The notes beneath the pieces were generated by a model. It searched no databases, was not told where the DNA came from, and saw only the letters and a program-made list of their open reading frames with translations. From contig OX597833.1 of the NCBI GenBank assembly GCA_951406725.2, forward strand, positions 62,620,001 to 62,684,000: a stretch of 64,000 nt of DNA. The letters are read 5' to 3'. How positions within the stretch are numbered: the first letter of the stretch is position 1; every line of letters starts with the position of its first letter. Below are positions 23,701 through 38,700 of the stretch, piece by piece. The position numbers were made by a program, and so were the translations under genes. This DNA comes from Octopus vulgaris (Eukaryota).

Positions 23701-26700
23701 CAACTCGCAAGGATTTGATCAGCCTAGGATTATAATAGAAGACATCTGCTTAACCCTTTCATTACTGTATTTATTTTGAGATGCTCTGTGTTTCTTTCAA
23801 TTACTTTAAATATAACAAAGAATTTAGTAAAATAACTTAATGATCATTCAGCTAGTGTTAGGAACATAAATTGTGACTAAGGTTTGGAGGAAGATTTTAA
23901 TTCAAAACTTATGAAAACAAGACATTTGTACTACAGAGCCAGAGTCAGAGTCAGTTTCAGCCGGGTTGGTAATGAACGGGTTAAAGTCCCACACAGTGAG
24001 ACTGAATCAACAACTATGTGGTAAAACAAGTCATTTGTATAACATGAATTATTGTAGAAAAATATAACTAACCAGTGACTGGGATATCTTTTTCTGTTTT
24101 CGTTTCACTGCCACTAGCAACCTGAATGATATGGTATTGGGTGACAGGGATACCGCCATCACTCTCTGGAGGATTGATTACCAATGTGATAGTAGTTGGA
24201 GTGGGATCAAGTACATTGACTTTAGAAGGGCTTTTAGGAACAACTGTAAAAATTAGATGATACATGCATATATATATATATATATAAAACTGATGGAATA
24301 TAACAAAAATACATACATAAATCTACATAGAGCAATACTTTAAAAATCTAAAATTTCAAATCTACACAAGTTTATATTCATAGTATTCCATTCTAAAACT
24401 AAATAGTCACATCTTTGAAATGTCAAATCTACAAGATAATACAATTAGTTCAAATCAATGCTACTGAATAAGCTTCGTACTTGACAGAGTCATCTGAATG
24501 TTAAAGATCATTAAAGAGCAAGAAAATGGCAGAAAGCCCTAAGTAGCTGTTTAACAGAGTCTTAACCCTTTAGTGTTTAAACCGACCATATCAGGCCCAG
24601 AAATTCCACATGTTTTATATTCAAACTGGCAATATCTAGCCTCTCACACCTACCCTACAATGTCATTCTAAAAATAAACAATCACATCATTGAAACCTCA
24701 AAGCTCTAAGATAATGCATGATTAATTCAAAACAATTTGAGTGAAAAAGTATTACATTTAACAGAGTAATCTGAACACTAAAGGGTTAAAGAGTGGATGT
24801 GGAGGCGCAATGGCCCAGTGGTTAGGGCAGCGGACTCGCGGTCATAAGATCGCGGTTTCGATTCCCAGACCGGGCGTTGTGAGTGTTTATTGAGCGAAAA
24901 CACCTAAAGTTCCACGAGGCTCCGGCAGGGGATGGTGGTGATCCCTGCTGTACTCTTTCACCACAACTTTCTCTCACTCTTACTTCCTGTTTCTGTTGTA
25001 CCTGTATTTCAAAGGGCCGGCCCTGTCAATCTCTGTGTCACGCTGAATATCCCCGAGAACTACGTTAAGGGTACACGTGTCTGTGGAGTGCTCAGCCACT
25101 TACACGTTAATTTCACGAGCAGGCTGTTCCGTTGATTCGGATCAACCGGAACTCTCATCGTCGTGACCGACGGAGTGCTTCCACAAAGAGTGGATATCCA
25201 CACCAGTCATTCCTGAACCACATAAAAGTATAAGTCAAATACAATTGTTGTTTAGGGACTAAAGACTAGAACTTAGTGCTCTTCTGTGCCAGAAGAAGCA
25301 ACTTCATTTTGCAAAGAATTTTCTACCAAAAAGCCTCCAGTTTGCATCAGGTGTTATTTTTTGCATTTTATCAAGTATATTTCTCAATTTTTTTCTTCTG
25401 CCTTCAACTTTAAAGTTTAACGACAGGAAATTCATCCAACATCGAGTTAGAATTTTATATTATTGTTAATGATCGATTAGTTAATTATTTATAATTGATT
25501 TATCAATTTTTATTTATTCATGATTGAATTAGGAAATCGAAAACACTAATGTGTAATCAACTTAAGTGATTAAGTGAAGGAACATGGCTCAGTGGTTTAG
25601 AGCATTGAGCTCACAATCATGAGGTAGCAAGTTCGATTCCTAGACTGAGCTGTATGCTGTGTTCCTGAGCAAGACATTTTATTTCACATTGCTCCAGTTC
25701 ACTCAGCTGTAGAAATGAGTTGCGATGTCACTGGGGCAAAGCTGTATCAGTCTTTGCATTTCCCATGGATAACATTGGTGATATAGAGAGGGGAGGCTGG
25801 TATGCATGGGTGACTGCTGGTGTTAATCCTGCCCAGACTTGTGCCTCAGAGGAGAACTTTCTAGCTGCAATCCCATGGTTATTCATGACCAAGGGGAGGG
25901 GATCTTTAATCAACTTTACTATATTAAAGTACCTTGGTAGAATTATATTTTCATGAATCTGGACTAACTGTATTTGTGATTTATAAAGGCAAAAAAGGCA
26001 CTACGTGATTTTAACAGTTAAAACATATCACACTATTTTCCTACACCATTAAAAACTCAGAAAATGAATTTTCCCCAATACATTTCAGCAACTATTTTAG
26101 TCAAACAACAAAATTTTTTTTTTTTCCCTTTATTTCTTAGAATTAATGTGACTGAAATCAAACTATAAACCATTACAATGAAATAGTGGACATATATGGA
26201 CAAGGACAAGAAAACACTAAATGTCTCATAATTGATACAAGAAAGTAACATTTTAATGTAAAAAAAAAAAAAAAAAAAATTAAACAAACCTGCTTTCTTT
26301 AAAGTTATTGTTATCTCAGATTGATCTCTGATGCTGACAGCTATGCATTTATAGTCAGTGAATACAGACTTCTCGTTGCTAGGAGTCACCTTAACCTAAC
26401 AAAAATAACAAAAATGTCAATAATACTGCACAGGAAGATTTTTTAAAAATTCACATCCAATTTCCTAATATTAGATATATTTCTTCAACGATGAAATAAC
26501 TGCCAGCATTTTATTATTACCATTAAAGTCAATGCAATTTCCATATTGCACAACAACAACAACATCATTAACATAGTGTTCCATCTGGAGTCATATATCA
26601 AGCAAACATATCTGTCTCAAGCGGAATCAATAAAGTTTTCATACACATTCGATAAATGTCTAAAATGTATGGTCATGCATAGTCATGTGTGTGTTTGTGT

Positions 26701-29700
26701 GTGCAGATATCCACAAGAAATAGGTCTGGAAATGTTATGAAAAGAGGTCCTTTATGAATGTGAGAAATGCATAAGAGAAAGACAAACAAAGGGACCAAGT
26801 TTGAAGCAAACAATTATATATATTGGGGCTAAACATAGAAGGGACAAACAAGGACAGACAAAGGGATTAAGTCGATTACATCAACCCCAGTGCGTAACTG
26901 GTACTTAATTTATCGATCCCGAAAGGATGAAAGGCAAAGTCGACCTTGGCGGAATTTGAACTCAGAACACTTAACGGCAGACGAAATACGGCTACGCATT
27001 TTGCCCGGCGTGAGACTGAGGCAAAGTAGCCAGTCCATCAAATATAGTTGCCGAGATGGTGACAACAACTGGCTGATGACTAGCTGATTGCTTGCATTGT
27101 CAAGTAGGTCATCTGTTTAGGGAGGTGTCAGGTTGGCAATGGCAACATGGGCAAAAGAGATGCTTTTGTGTGTGTTGACATCCTATAATTGTAAACAAGC
27201 ATCTTGTCTTACATAGCATGATGTCAAAACAAAGAGACACGCGTGCATGAATTACACACACGCATATACTAACACTCAGTCGAAGGATCCTTATCTTGTG
27301 AGTTACTTTGTGATGCTACAAATGCTGGAGTCATGAAAAAAAAAGCACCCAGTACAGAGCATATACACACACACACACACACGACAGGTTTTCTTTCAGT
27401 TTCCCACTATCAGATCCACTCACAAGGCTTTGGCTGACCTAGTGCCACAGTAGAAAGCACTTGCCTAAAGTATCATACAGTTGGCAAGCTTTCCCACTAT
27501 CAGATCCACTCACAAGGCTTTGACTGACCCAGTGCCATAGTAGAAAGCACTTGCCTAAAGTATCATGCAGTGGGACTAAACCCCAAATCATACAGTTGGC
27601 AAGCTTTCCCACTATCAGATCCACTCACAAGGCTTTGACTGACCCAGTGCCATAGTAGAAAGCACTTGCCTAAAGTATCATGCAGTGGGACTAAACCCCA
27701 AATCATACAGTTGGCAAGCTTTCCCACTATCAGATCCACTCACAAGGCTTTGACTGACCCAGTGCCACAGTAGAAAGCACTTGCCTAAAGTATCATGCAG
27801 TGGGACTAAACCCCAAATCGTACAGTTGGCAAGCAAACTTCTTAAGCACACAATCGCGCTTGTGTAACATAAAATAGCAACTATATTTATCACAAACCCA
27901 AATTTCCAAATAGCACGTTAGATATGTTGATACTTACTTGAAGTAAGCTGGTCATCTGTTCTTGACCTTCTATTTTGAATATTTTGTATGTGTCACTATC
28001 TCCAATTTCATCCTTACCCCTTTTCCATGATATTATAGCTTTAGGATAACTTTTGGCAGTGCAGGTTATGTTGGCTTTGTTGCCCATCCAATTGTAAGCA
28101 ATTTTGGGGGTATTTATAAAAACAGGTTTATATTCAACCCTGAGGTAGGTTCGCTTGGCATCGTTACCAGCCTCATTATCTCCAATACAGGTGTAATTAT
28201 CAGCATGCTCAGCTGTCAGAGAGGCAATGGTTAAAGTCAATTCTTTTTCTGGCCGATTCTTGGTTTCTTCAACTAATACTCCATTTGACTGTTAAAAGAC
28301 ATAAATAGTAAAGTAGAAAAATAAAGAATAACTCATTTTAATCAATAAATCGTGTGAAATTTCATTGTTAACCATTGCTAATTTTGCTAACCTTTTCACC
28401 AATAGGGAAAGGAGCATCGTTACTTCTTTGCCAGGTAAGTGATGGTACTGGAACACCTTTTCCTTTACAAACTAAAGTGATTGATTCACCTTCTTTACCA
28501 TCTTTAGTTTGAGGGATTTCAACTGTAGGAGGAACTGTAAAATAAAAAATAAAAAAAAAGAAATTTTGAATTTTGAAATGATTGAAGTTCAAATTTCGGT
28601 ATTGAAAATGTTGGTTAACATTATTACAACACAACTTCACAAACTTAAAAAGAGGACCTAACATTCCTTAGCCTTTTCACTCCAGTCCATGTCACAGACA
28701 ATCCCTACCAGAACATTATTCATCATCATCATCATTTAATATGCTCTTTACTCTTACTTGTTTCAGTCATTCGACTGTGTCCATGCTGGAGCACCGCCTT
28801 TAGTCGAGCAAATCGACCCCGGGACTTATTCTATTGGTCTCTTTTGCTGAACAGCTAAGTGACGGGGACATAAACACACCAGCATCAGTTGTCAAGCAAT
28901 GCTAGGGGGACAAACACAAACACACACACGCATATATATATATATATACGACAGGCTTCTTTCAGTTTCCGTCTACCAAATCCACTCACAAGGCATTGGT
29001 CGGCCCGGGGCTATAGCAGAAGACACTTGCCCAAGGTGCCACGCAGTGGGACTGAACCTGGAACCATGTGGTTGGTTAGCAAGCTACTTACCACACAGCC
29101 ACTCCTGCGCCTATATAGTAATAAACAGAGAAAACAGAAGGTTTTATTTTAGTCCTATCACATTGTGTTGCTAGTATACTGGAAATAGCTTAACCATCTG
29201 GGTTCCCACTGGCCTCCATGCCGGTGACACATAAAAAACACCATTCAAGCATGATCGTTACCAGCATCGCCTTACTGGCACCCGCACCCTATGTAAAAGA
29301 TTTGAGCAAGGTCGTTGACAGTGTCGCCTGTCTGGCCCCGTGCCAGTGGCACGTAAAAGCACCCACTACACTCTCGGAGTGGTTGGCGTTAGGAAGGGCA
29401 TCCAGCTATAGAAACTCTGCCAGACCAAGATTTGAAGCCTGGTGCAGCCATCTGGTTCGCCAGCCCTCAGTCACACGTCCAACCCATGCTAGCATGGAAA
29501 GCGGATGTTAAACGATGATGATGATGAACAACACATGCAGGGAAAATATAAAATACTAAAAATAGACAACTGATCACATTGCAGCTTTGTAATCAAATTG
29601 TATTTAGGACTCCTTGATAAGGGTGTGCCACACGGCTTGGGCTTTTTTTTTTTTTTTTCTGCTTTTAAAAGAAGGGGGTGTGATGATCCCAGCACTTTGT

Positions 29701-32700
29701 CTAGTAAACAAGCAAAGGACTAGAGTCACTGCAGTTGAAGAACTTATTGAGGACAAGTTTACTCTTGTGCGGACAATGATTAAGACAAACAGGCGAAAGT
29801 GAAGAGGAAAATAGCAAATACAGTTGCTGAGAGATAGGCCTATTATTGTCGGTGGTGGTGTTGTATACCTGAAGTTTTTTTTTTGTTCTTGTTTTTGTGA
29901 TTTTATGCATTGTTTGTCCGCAATCGTTACTCGAGTTGTGTATGCAACTATTTATATTTTTGTTTAGGATCCCAGGTGGAGGGTGAAGTTAGACACACGG
30001 GGTGGGGTCCCCCCAGATCAGAGAGTGTTAAACTTTGTAAAGCATACACGTTTCAATAAATAATCAGTCATTATTATGGAAGGCAATTATATCAGATGCC
30101 ATAATATATATTTCTTTACTACCCACAAGGGGCTAAACACAAGAGGGGACAAACAAGGACAGACAAAGGGATTAAGTCGATTACATCGACCCCAGTGCGT
30201 AACTGGTACTTATTTAATCGACCCCGAAAGGATGAAAGGCATAGTCGACCTTGGTGGAATTTCAACTCAGAATGTAGCAGCAGACGAAATACCTATTTCT
30301 TTACTACCCACAAGGGGCTAAACACAGAGGGGACAAACAAGGACAGACAAAGGGATTAAGTCGATTACATCGACCCCAGTGCGTAACTGGTACTTATTTA
30401 ATCGACCCCGAAAGGATGAAAGGCATAGTCGACCGTGGCGGAATTTCAACTCAGAATGTAACGGCAGACGAAATACCTATTTCTTTACTACCCACAAGGG
30501 GCTAAACACAGAGGGGACAAACAAGGACAGACAAAGGGATTAAGTCGATTACATCGACCCCAGTGCGTAACTGGTACTTAATTTATCGACCCCCTGAAAA
30601 GGATGAAAGGTAAAGTCGACCTCGGGCGGAATTTCAACTCGGAACGTAACGACAGACGAAATACGGACGGCTACGCATTTCGCCCGGCGTGCTAACGTTT
30701 CTGCCAGCTCGCCATTCTGATGCCGTAATATAATCGATTCATTCCTCAGCACCTGCAGCACACTTTTACACACACCATAAATTTTAGGAAAAATCTCACT
30801 TACCAAGAATAGTTACTTGAGCAGTAGCAGTGTCATTGCCGCCAACATTAATTGCCATACATTTGTATTTGCCTCCGTCACTTTTTTTTACATTAGACAC
30901 CTTTAATTTACCACCAATGCTGTCAATTTCAAATCTCGGATCTGTCAGTTCTTGATTATTCTATGCAGAAATTAAAATTAATTAGTTACATACAGTGCTA
31001 TCTGTCAATAATAAGTTATTTAGTATAGAAAAATGAAAAAAAAAGAAAATGTTCAAAACGCACCTTAAACCACATATATCGAGGATTAGGGTCTCCTGTA
31101 GCTTTGCAACTTAATGATAACTCTGACCCTTCAACAGGCTTACTCACTTCTGGTGGCTTTGATATCTTGGGAGGTACTGCAAAGAGACAACACTCATACA
31201 GAAAAAGCAATCATAATATCTAAAGATTAGTATTGTTAGTAGTAGTAGCAGCAGCAGTAAATGAATCAATAAGAGAAAACCTTAATCCGTATCGATATCT
31301 ACATGTGGAGATGCAAATTATTAGACAGATAATCAGCTAGCTTGAGATAGATAGATAGATGGATGAACAGAGGGCTAACCATCTACTTAGCTAGCTAAAT
31401 AGGTAGATAGGTATCTCTCTTTCTCTTTACTTGTTTCAGTCATTTGACTGCGGCCATGCTGGAGCACCGCCTTTACTCGAGCAAATCAACCCTGGGACTT
31501 ATTCTTTTTTTAAGCCCAGTACTTATTCTATCGGTCTCTTTTGCCGGACCGCTAAGTGACGGGGACGTAAACACACCAGCATCGGTTGTCAAGCAATGCT
31601 AGGGGGACAAACACAGACACACAAACATACACACATATATATACATATATACGACAGGCTTCTTTCAGTTTCCGTCTACCAAATCCACTCACAAAGCATT
31701 GGTCGGCCCGGGGCTATAGCAGAAGACACTTGCCCAAGGTGCCACGCAGTGGGACTGAACCCGGAACCATGTGGTTGGTTAGCAAGCTACTTACCACACA
31801 GCAACTCCTGCGCCTTAGGGGTCCTAGGTATGTAGGCCATCATACAATGGTTGTAAAAGCAATTGGAAAGACTCAATCTTGGACACATGCTTTGATTAAA
31901 AGACTTAATAGCCATTAGTGAAACTCATTTGATGAAAGATCAATTAGTTCCCCTAGCAGCCCTTTCAGCACGGAAGTTTTTGCTATGTTCCTGCCAAATG
32001 ATTTAGTAATATTATAATTGAAGATGGTGTTTAGTTTAAGCAACAAGCTTCTGTACAATCTCTATCTACCCAACAACCCACAAAGCTTTAGCCAACTTGG
32101 AAAGACAGTTGTCCAAGGTGCTACACCATGGCTTTGAATATGTAATCAAGTGAGAGTGAAGTAAACTTCTCAAAGTGATTAAACCAAATTCGTTAGGGTT
32201 TCTTTACCCTTCCCTCCCATGTGTGTGTGTGAGACTTTTGACAGCAGTATCTATTTTTCAAACCAAAGTTTACTATTGGTATATACCTATTTCTTTATTA
32301 CCCACAAGGGGCTAAACACAGAGGGGACAAACAAGGACAGACATAGGTATTAAGTCGGTTACATCGACCCCAGTGCGTAACTGGTACTTAATTTATCGAC
32401 CCCGAAAGGATGAAAGGCAAAGTCAACCTCGGCGGAATTTGAACTCACAACGTAACGACAGACGAAATACCGCTAAGCATTTCATCCGGCGTGCTAACAT
32501 TTCTGCCAGCTCGCCGCCTTATTGGTATATACCCAAAGATTTTAGCATCTGTAAATTAATGTAAAGAGAAAAAGAGCGGTGGGAGGGAAATGGTAGTGTA
32601 ACTGAGAAGTTTGCTTTACGACCATGCGGTTTAGCTTTTAGTCCCACTGTACAGCACCATGGGAAAGCATGTTATAACAATATCCCTGGGTGGCTGACCA

Positions 32701-35700
32701 TTACTTTCAGAGTGAAATAGGTAGACAACAACTGTAGGAAGCTCACTGCATTAATACGCGCGCAAACGTGTGTGTGTGTGTGTGTGCGCGCTTCCATGCG
32801 TGTGAATGTTGACATGTCACAGCTTCACTTATGCCGAATGTTATTTACATTCCTTGTTGACATGACTAGTTACTCCTTCAAAACTGGTGGAATAAGTTAT
32901 GTTTTCTTAGCAAACAAGTAACGGTTAGCAATAGTAAGAGTGTCAGGCTGTGAAATCCAGCCTCAAATATACCCACTTCCCTATTACCCACAAGGGGCCA
33001 AACACAGAGGTGACAAACAAGGACAGACATAGGTATTAAGTCGATTACATCGACCCCAGTGCGCAACTGGTACTTAATTTATCGACCCCGAAAGGATGAA
33101 AGGCAAAGTCGACCTCAGCGGAATTTGAACTCAGAAACGTAACGGCCGACGAAATACCGCAAAGCATTTCGTCCGGCGTGCTAACGTTTCTGCCAGCTCG
33201 ACCTCCATTTCAACTCACAAGAGAGGAGACACTGGATGAAGAAATGAACACACACACACACAGCAACAACAATAAAAAGAAGCGCCCGCTAAGAACACTG
33301 TTGCAACCAACTACAATAAGATAAACAGACAGGTACGATTTTACTTTAATACAATCGACAAAAACAACATATTAAGTGAAAAGAAGAAATCTGTTTTTTT
33401 TATTTCTACTTACCAACAACTTTAACTAGGATTGATTTCTCATCATACGAACTTTTTGTAACAATTTCTGCTTCCAAAATATATTCTCCATTATCATCTT
33501 TAGTAATATTCTTAATTACCAAGCCATCAGCTTGCACTTCATAACGTCCCGCTAAATAAGAGAATCATAATTTTCAGATTAAAATATTTAAAATATTCAA
33601 ATCTCAAGGTACGAATACAGAGTAAAATATCTTTTGATCATTTCAAAGGAAACTGAGCATTGTTATCTCTTTAAATAAAATGCTTTTAAGGTATCTTTAA
33701 TTTAGGTGGCACGTAAAATGCACCAATCCGACCGTGGCCGATGCCAGCCTCGCCTGGCACCAGTGCAGGTGGCACGTAAAAAGCACCCACTACACTCACG
33801 GAGTGGTTGGCGTTAGGAAGGGTACCCAGCTGTAGAAACATTGCCAGAACCGTCCAACCCATGCTAGCATGGAGAATGGACGTTAAACGATGATGATGAT
33901 GATGTATCTTTAATTTATATATTCTGTACCGGATATATAACAAAGCAGGGTGAAGAAAGTATACACACTACTATAACTATTACAGGAGACTCAACGTTCT
34001 ACATCAAAGGCTCACAGTGAACTGCTACCTACACAAACTCACAGTTCTTTCTAGGAATGAATCAGTCCACCGTTTTAGTCTCTTGCAGGGTGGTTGGAAT
34101 ACTTCCACAACAATCATTCTAAAAACAAATGTTATTCATCTTTAATATTTAGTTTCATTCAAAACCATCACCTAGTTACCTTGCAACATATGTAGAGAAT
34201 AAAGTAGGAGAAAGTGTGCTGGTGGCACATCCATGCTGGTGGCACATAAAAAGCACCATCCGATAGTGGCCGTTGCCAGCCTCGTCTGGTCTCCGTGTCG
34301 GTGGCACGTAAAAAGCACCATCCGATCGTGGCCGTTTGCCAGCCTCATCTGGCACGTAAAAAGCACCCACTACACTCACGGAGTGGTTGGCGTTAGGAAG
34401 GGCATCCAGCTGTAGAAACATTGCCAGATCAGACTGGGCCTGGTGCAGCCTCCTGGCTTCCCAGATCCCAGTTGAACCGTCCAACCCATGCTAGCATGGA
34501 AAGCGGACGTTAAACGATGTTGATGATCATGATGATGAAATGAAAGATGGGAGATGGTTTTTAGCGGGCACATTGCATCTAGAGAGATGACAGTACATGT
34601 ACCCAAAAGTAGCATCCTTGATGACTGCCATACGATAAAAGAGCAATTTCAAAGAAACACTTGTGTACTGAAGCTGCTAAGATGATATTTCATCTCATCA
34701 AATGGTGAAGTAGCTCTGGAAGTGTTTTGGCTGATCTTTGTGGCTCCAGAATTGCCAGGAGACACCCATTTAGTCAACAAAACTCCTGCATGACAGCATG
34801 TGCTTTGTGGAGATAAATGTCAGGATTCTGAGACAGATGTTTCTACCATCTTCAATGCTTGCTTTTGCTGTATCACTCCTCTCCCTTGAGCCAGATAAAA
34901 TGGTCTGCTTTCTCAGTGAAAGGGGTAGAGACTTAGAATATAGCAAATGGCAGATAACAGTTGAACTAGATTGAAATCAGGTAGCAGTCAAATTCGTACC
35001 AATGTATAGAAATACATGGTATATATATATATATGAGGTGATATGACAAACAGCTAGAGATGCTTTCTATTGAAAACAATTTTCACTGGTAATTCATGCT
35101 GTCCTGGAAACCATCGGATAGGATTCTACATTCTTCGCTTGGATGAGCAAATCAAAAATCTGTCAAAGCTATTTTAAAGCATTGTGATCAGATGTTTTAC
35201 GATGATGCTCTCAATTTTACTGTGAAGTTCAGGCTAAGAGCTCAGTTTTCAAACAACTCTGATCATGAATAAATCGTGCTTTATATATATATAATATATA
35301 TAAAGCACAATTTGTGATCAGAGTTGTTCAAAAGCCGAGGTTCTACACACACATATCATATATATATATAACTGTGAAATCAAAATTGCTGACACGGCTG
35401 ATGACAGTACTGCCTGATTGGCACTCATGCCAGTGGAACATTAAAAGCACATCTGAGCATGATCATTGCCAGAGTCGCCTTACTGGCACATGTGCTGGTG
35501 ACACGTGAAAAACAACGTTTGAGTGTGGTCATTGCCAGTGTCGCCGGACTGGCTCCTGTGCAGGTAGCATGTAAAAAAAACACCTTTTGAGCGGGATCGT
35601 TATCAGAACCGCCTGACTGGCCAGTGGCACGTAAAAGCACCCACTGCATTCTCAGAGTAGTTGGCGTTAGGAAGGGCATCCTGCTGTAGAAGGTTTGCCA

Positions 35701-38700
35701 GATCAAAGTGGAGCTGGTGTGGCCTTCTGGCCCACCAGTCCTCAGTCAAACTGCCCAACTCATGCCAGCATGGAAAGTAGACGTTAAACGATGATGATGA
35801 TGAGGTACATATAAAAAAATATAAATAACAAGCCCTTGTCATTTTACCTTATTACTAGATGAGGTGGTGACTCTCAGAAGAGGGTTAGCACCTTTGTAAT
35901 TACTAATGTATGAAAAAAACCTTACTAATTTTGGTGTTACAATAAAAGAAAAGCCATACCTGTGATAATTTTTTTCGATTTGTGTCTCCACTGAATTTTG
36001 GGAGCAGGGTCTCCTGTTGCAGTACATCGGATTCTGGCATCAGTATAAATAATTGGTTGCTGCTCTGCTTTACAACTACTAAAACCAAGTGGTCCTGCGG
36101 AAAAAAGAAGAAAATGCTTCAATACTTTTTACTTCTTTACAACTGTGAAGCAATTCACTGACCATTATGAAGTTTTTCTTTTTTTTTTTCTTCTTCTTTT
36201 GACAGTAAAAAAAATATTACAAGTACCAAGACTAATATTAGATCACATTAACTAGACCTAAATCTACCTCAAAGTCTGCATGGGAACAATATGTTAGGTT
36301 GCATATTTATCATATGCACAGAGTATGTTTGGATATTTATGTGCGTGTATGCATTACAACAAACAACCTATCAAACTCAGTGCTGTTAGAAGACTAAAAA
36401 ACTGTGCACTTGAAAATGACAAAATTAGTAAACTGGATACAGGTGTTGCACTTCTCAGGTGTGATAAAACTGACACAATGTTGAACCCCCTTCATGGAAA
36501 AGCCATTTCTGAATGGCTTCGTCTACTAAACAGCATGTTTAAGTGGCTTATTTTGCTTGTACTGAGTATGTAGTTAAGATGGGGGGGGCTCTGAAAGGTT
36601 CATAGGCTAAGAAGGAGTTACCATACAGTAATTAAACTTGGCATGCATTAAATTCAACCTTTACTGATGCTAACTGCATTTTTTTTTTCTTTCCAGATAA
36701 ACCCACATTAGATACAGAATTGAGGACTTGGAAAAGTGGTACTAGAGACATTTCGTAAAAATAGATAAAATTTGGAACTGTGGTGTTATCAAATATCTGC
36801 AGAAAAAGGGAGATTCATGCCGACATGGTTGCTACATTAGAAGATGCCCCAGCTTTATCAACTGTGCGAAAGCGAGCAGTTGAAGATGACCTGAGGTCTG
36901 GATGTTCTGCCACAGCCACCACCCAAGAAAACATCAACTATGTTCACCACATGGTAATGGATGACAAACGTTTAAATGTTAATCAGATAGCTAATACTGT
37001 AGGCATCTCCCTTGAACAAATTGAGAACATTCTGCATATCGAACTGCTGCATGTCGAAGATTTTCACTTGGTGGGTGCCAAGACTTCTGACACCTGATCA
37101 AAAGCACACCAGGCTGGTCATGTCGCAGGCGAACTTGGCACTTTTTGAAGCAAATCCATCCAGTTTTCTTGAACATTTCCTCATCCAAGATGATTATGAG
37201 GTTCACTATTTTGAGCCAGAGACCAAATAGCAATCCATGCAGTGGAAATGCCCGTCTTCTCCTCCACCAAAGAAGGCCAGGGTGGTGATATTGACAGGGA
37301 AGGTGATGGTCTCCATCTTTCGGGATGCAAAGGGCATTGTGTTCATTGACTACCTTCAGAAAGGCCATACTAACAATGGAGAATACTATGCCAACCTGCC
37401 GAGGCAGCTGTGAAAAGCAACCAAGTCAAAACGGCCTGGAAAACTGACAAGGGGGGGGGCTGCTTCACCAGCACAATGTTCCTGCACACAAGCCTGTGGT
37501 TGCAATGGCCGCTGTGCACGACTGTGGCTTTCAACTGATTGGTCCCCCCCTCCGTATTCTCCTGATTTGGCACCATCTGCCTATTTTCTGATCCCTGACA
37601 TGAAAAAACACTTGGCTGGGAAGCAGTATTGGACCGATGAGGTCATATCAGCTGTTGACTCTTCCGACGGTCAGGATAAGAACTTCTATACCACAGGAAT
37701 CAAAAGCACTGAAACACCGATGGAAGAAGTGTATGGAATGTAGGGGAGACTATGTCAAAAAAAACAAAACACATTTGGTCAAGTTCAACCATTGCATCAT
37801 GGTGCTCCAGCATGGCCACAGTCAAATGACTGAAACAAGTAGTAAAAAAGTAAAGGATGGGAGGAAATATTTTGCTTGGTAAAAAGATGAGTCAATGAAA
37901 GAATAATAGCACCTAGCCATACAAGACCGGTCTCAATGAATTAGGCCTGATCCTATTTCTTTACTACCCACAAGGGGCTAAACACAGAGAGGACAAACAA
38001 GGACAGACAAAGGGATTAAGTCGATTACATCGACCCCAGTGCATAACTGGTACTTATTTAATCGACCCCGAAAGGATGAAAGGCAAAGTCGACCTCGGCG
38101 GAATTTGAACTCAGAACGTAGCGGCAGACAAAATACCACTAAGCATTTCGCCCAGCGCGCTAACGTTTCTGCCAGCTCGCCGCCTTAATTAGGCCTGATC
38201 CATGCCAAGTATAGGTAAGTGAATGTTAAAATAATATACACTCAATCATTATTTAAAACAATAACTTAGAAGAAAGAACTTACGGTATATTTTCAGTATT
38301 GTATTAGCTTCTAACTTCTTGCCATTTACTTCAGCTCTGCAAGCGTACACCCCAGCATCACTTGTTTTCAACTCCTTCAAAATGAGTTTGCTGCTGAGTC
38401 CATCGTTACGAATGCTGATGCTAGAAAAATCAAGAAAAAAAAACAAAATGTCCTTAAGTCAAAATTACACTTCAGCATAAATGGATAAAATTTTACAAAT
38501 GAATGAATTTTCAATATTGAATATTTAAAATCTAAAATTTTTTATTAGACAAGGAAAATTACAAAATCTTATTTACTGAATAAATATTATTCCACTGTAA
38601 TTTGTTTAAATCAACACTTAAAGGATATTTTGGTTTATAATGGATAAAACAAAGGAAACCATGAGAAAAAGAAAGATGTGAAGAAAATTTCTGAAGTTTT

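Noticed and set aside
24799-24875. tRNA gene-like sequence
   Set aside because: Head of a SINE with a TSD and a second copy at 42503
27400-27834. Regular repeats resembling a CRISPR array
   Set aside because: No unique spacers; SINE-derived tandem repeat in eukaryotic DNA
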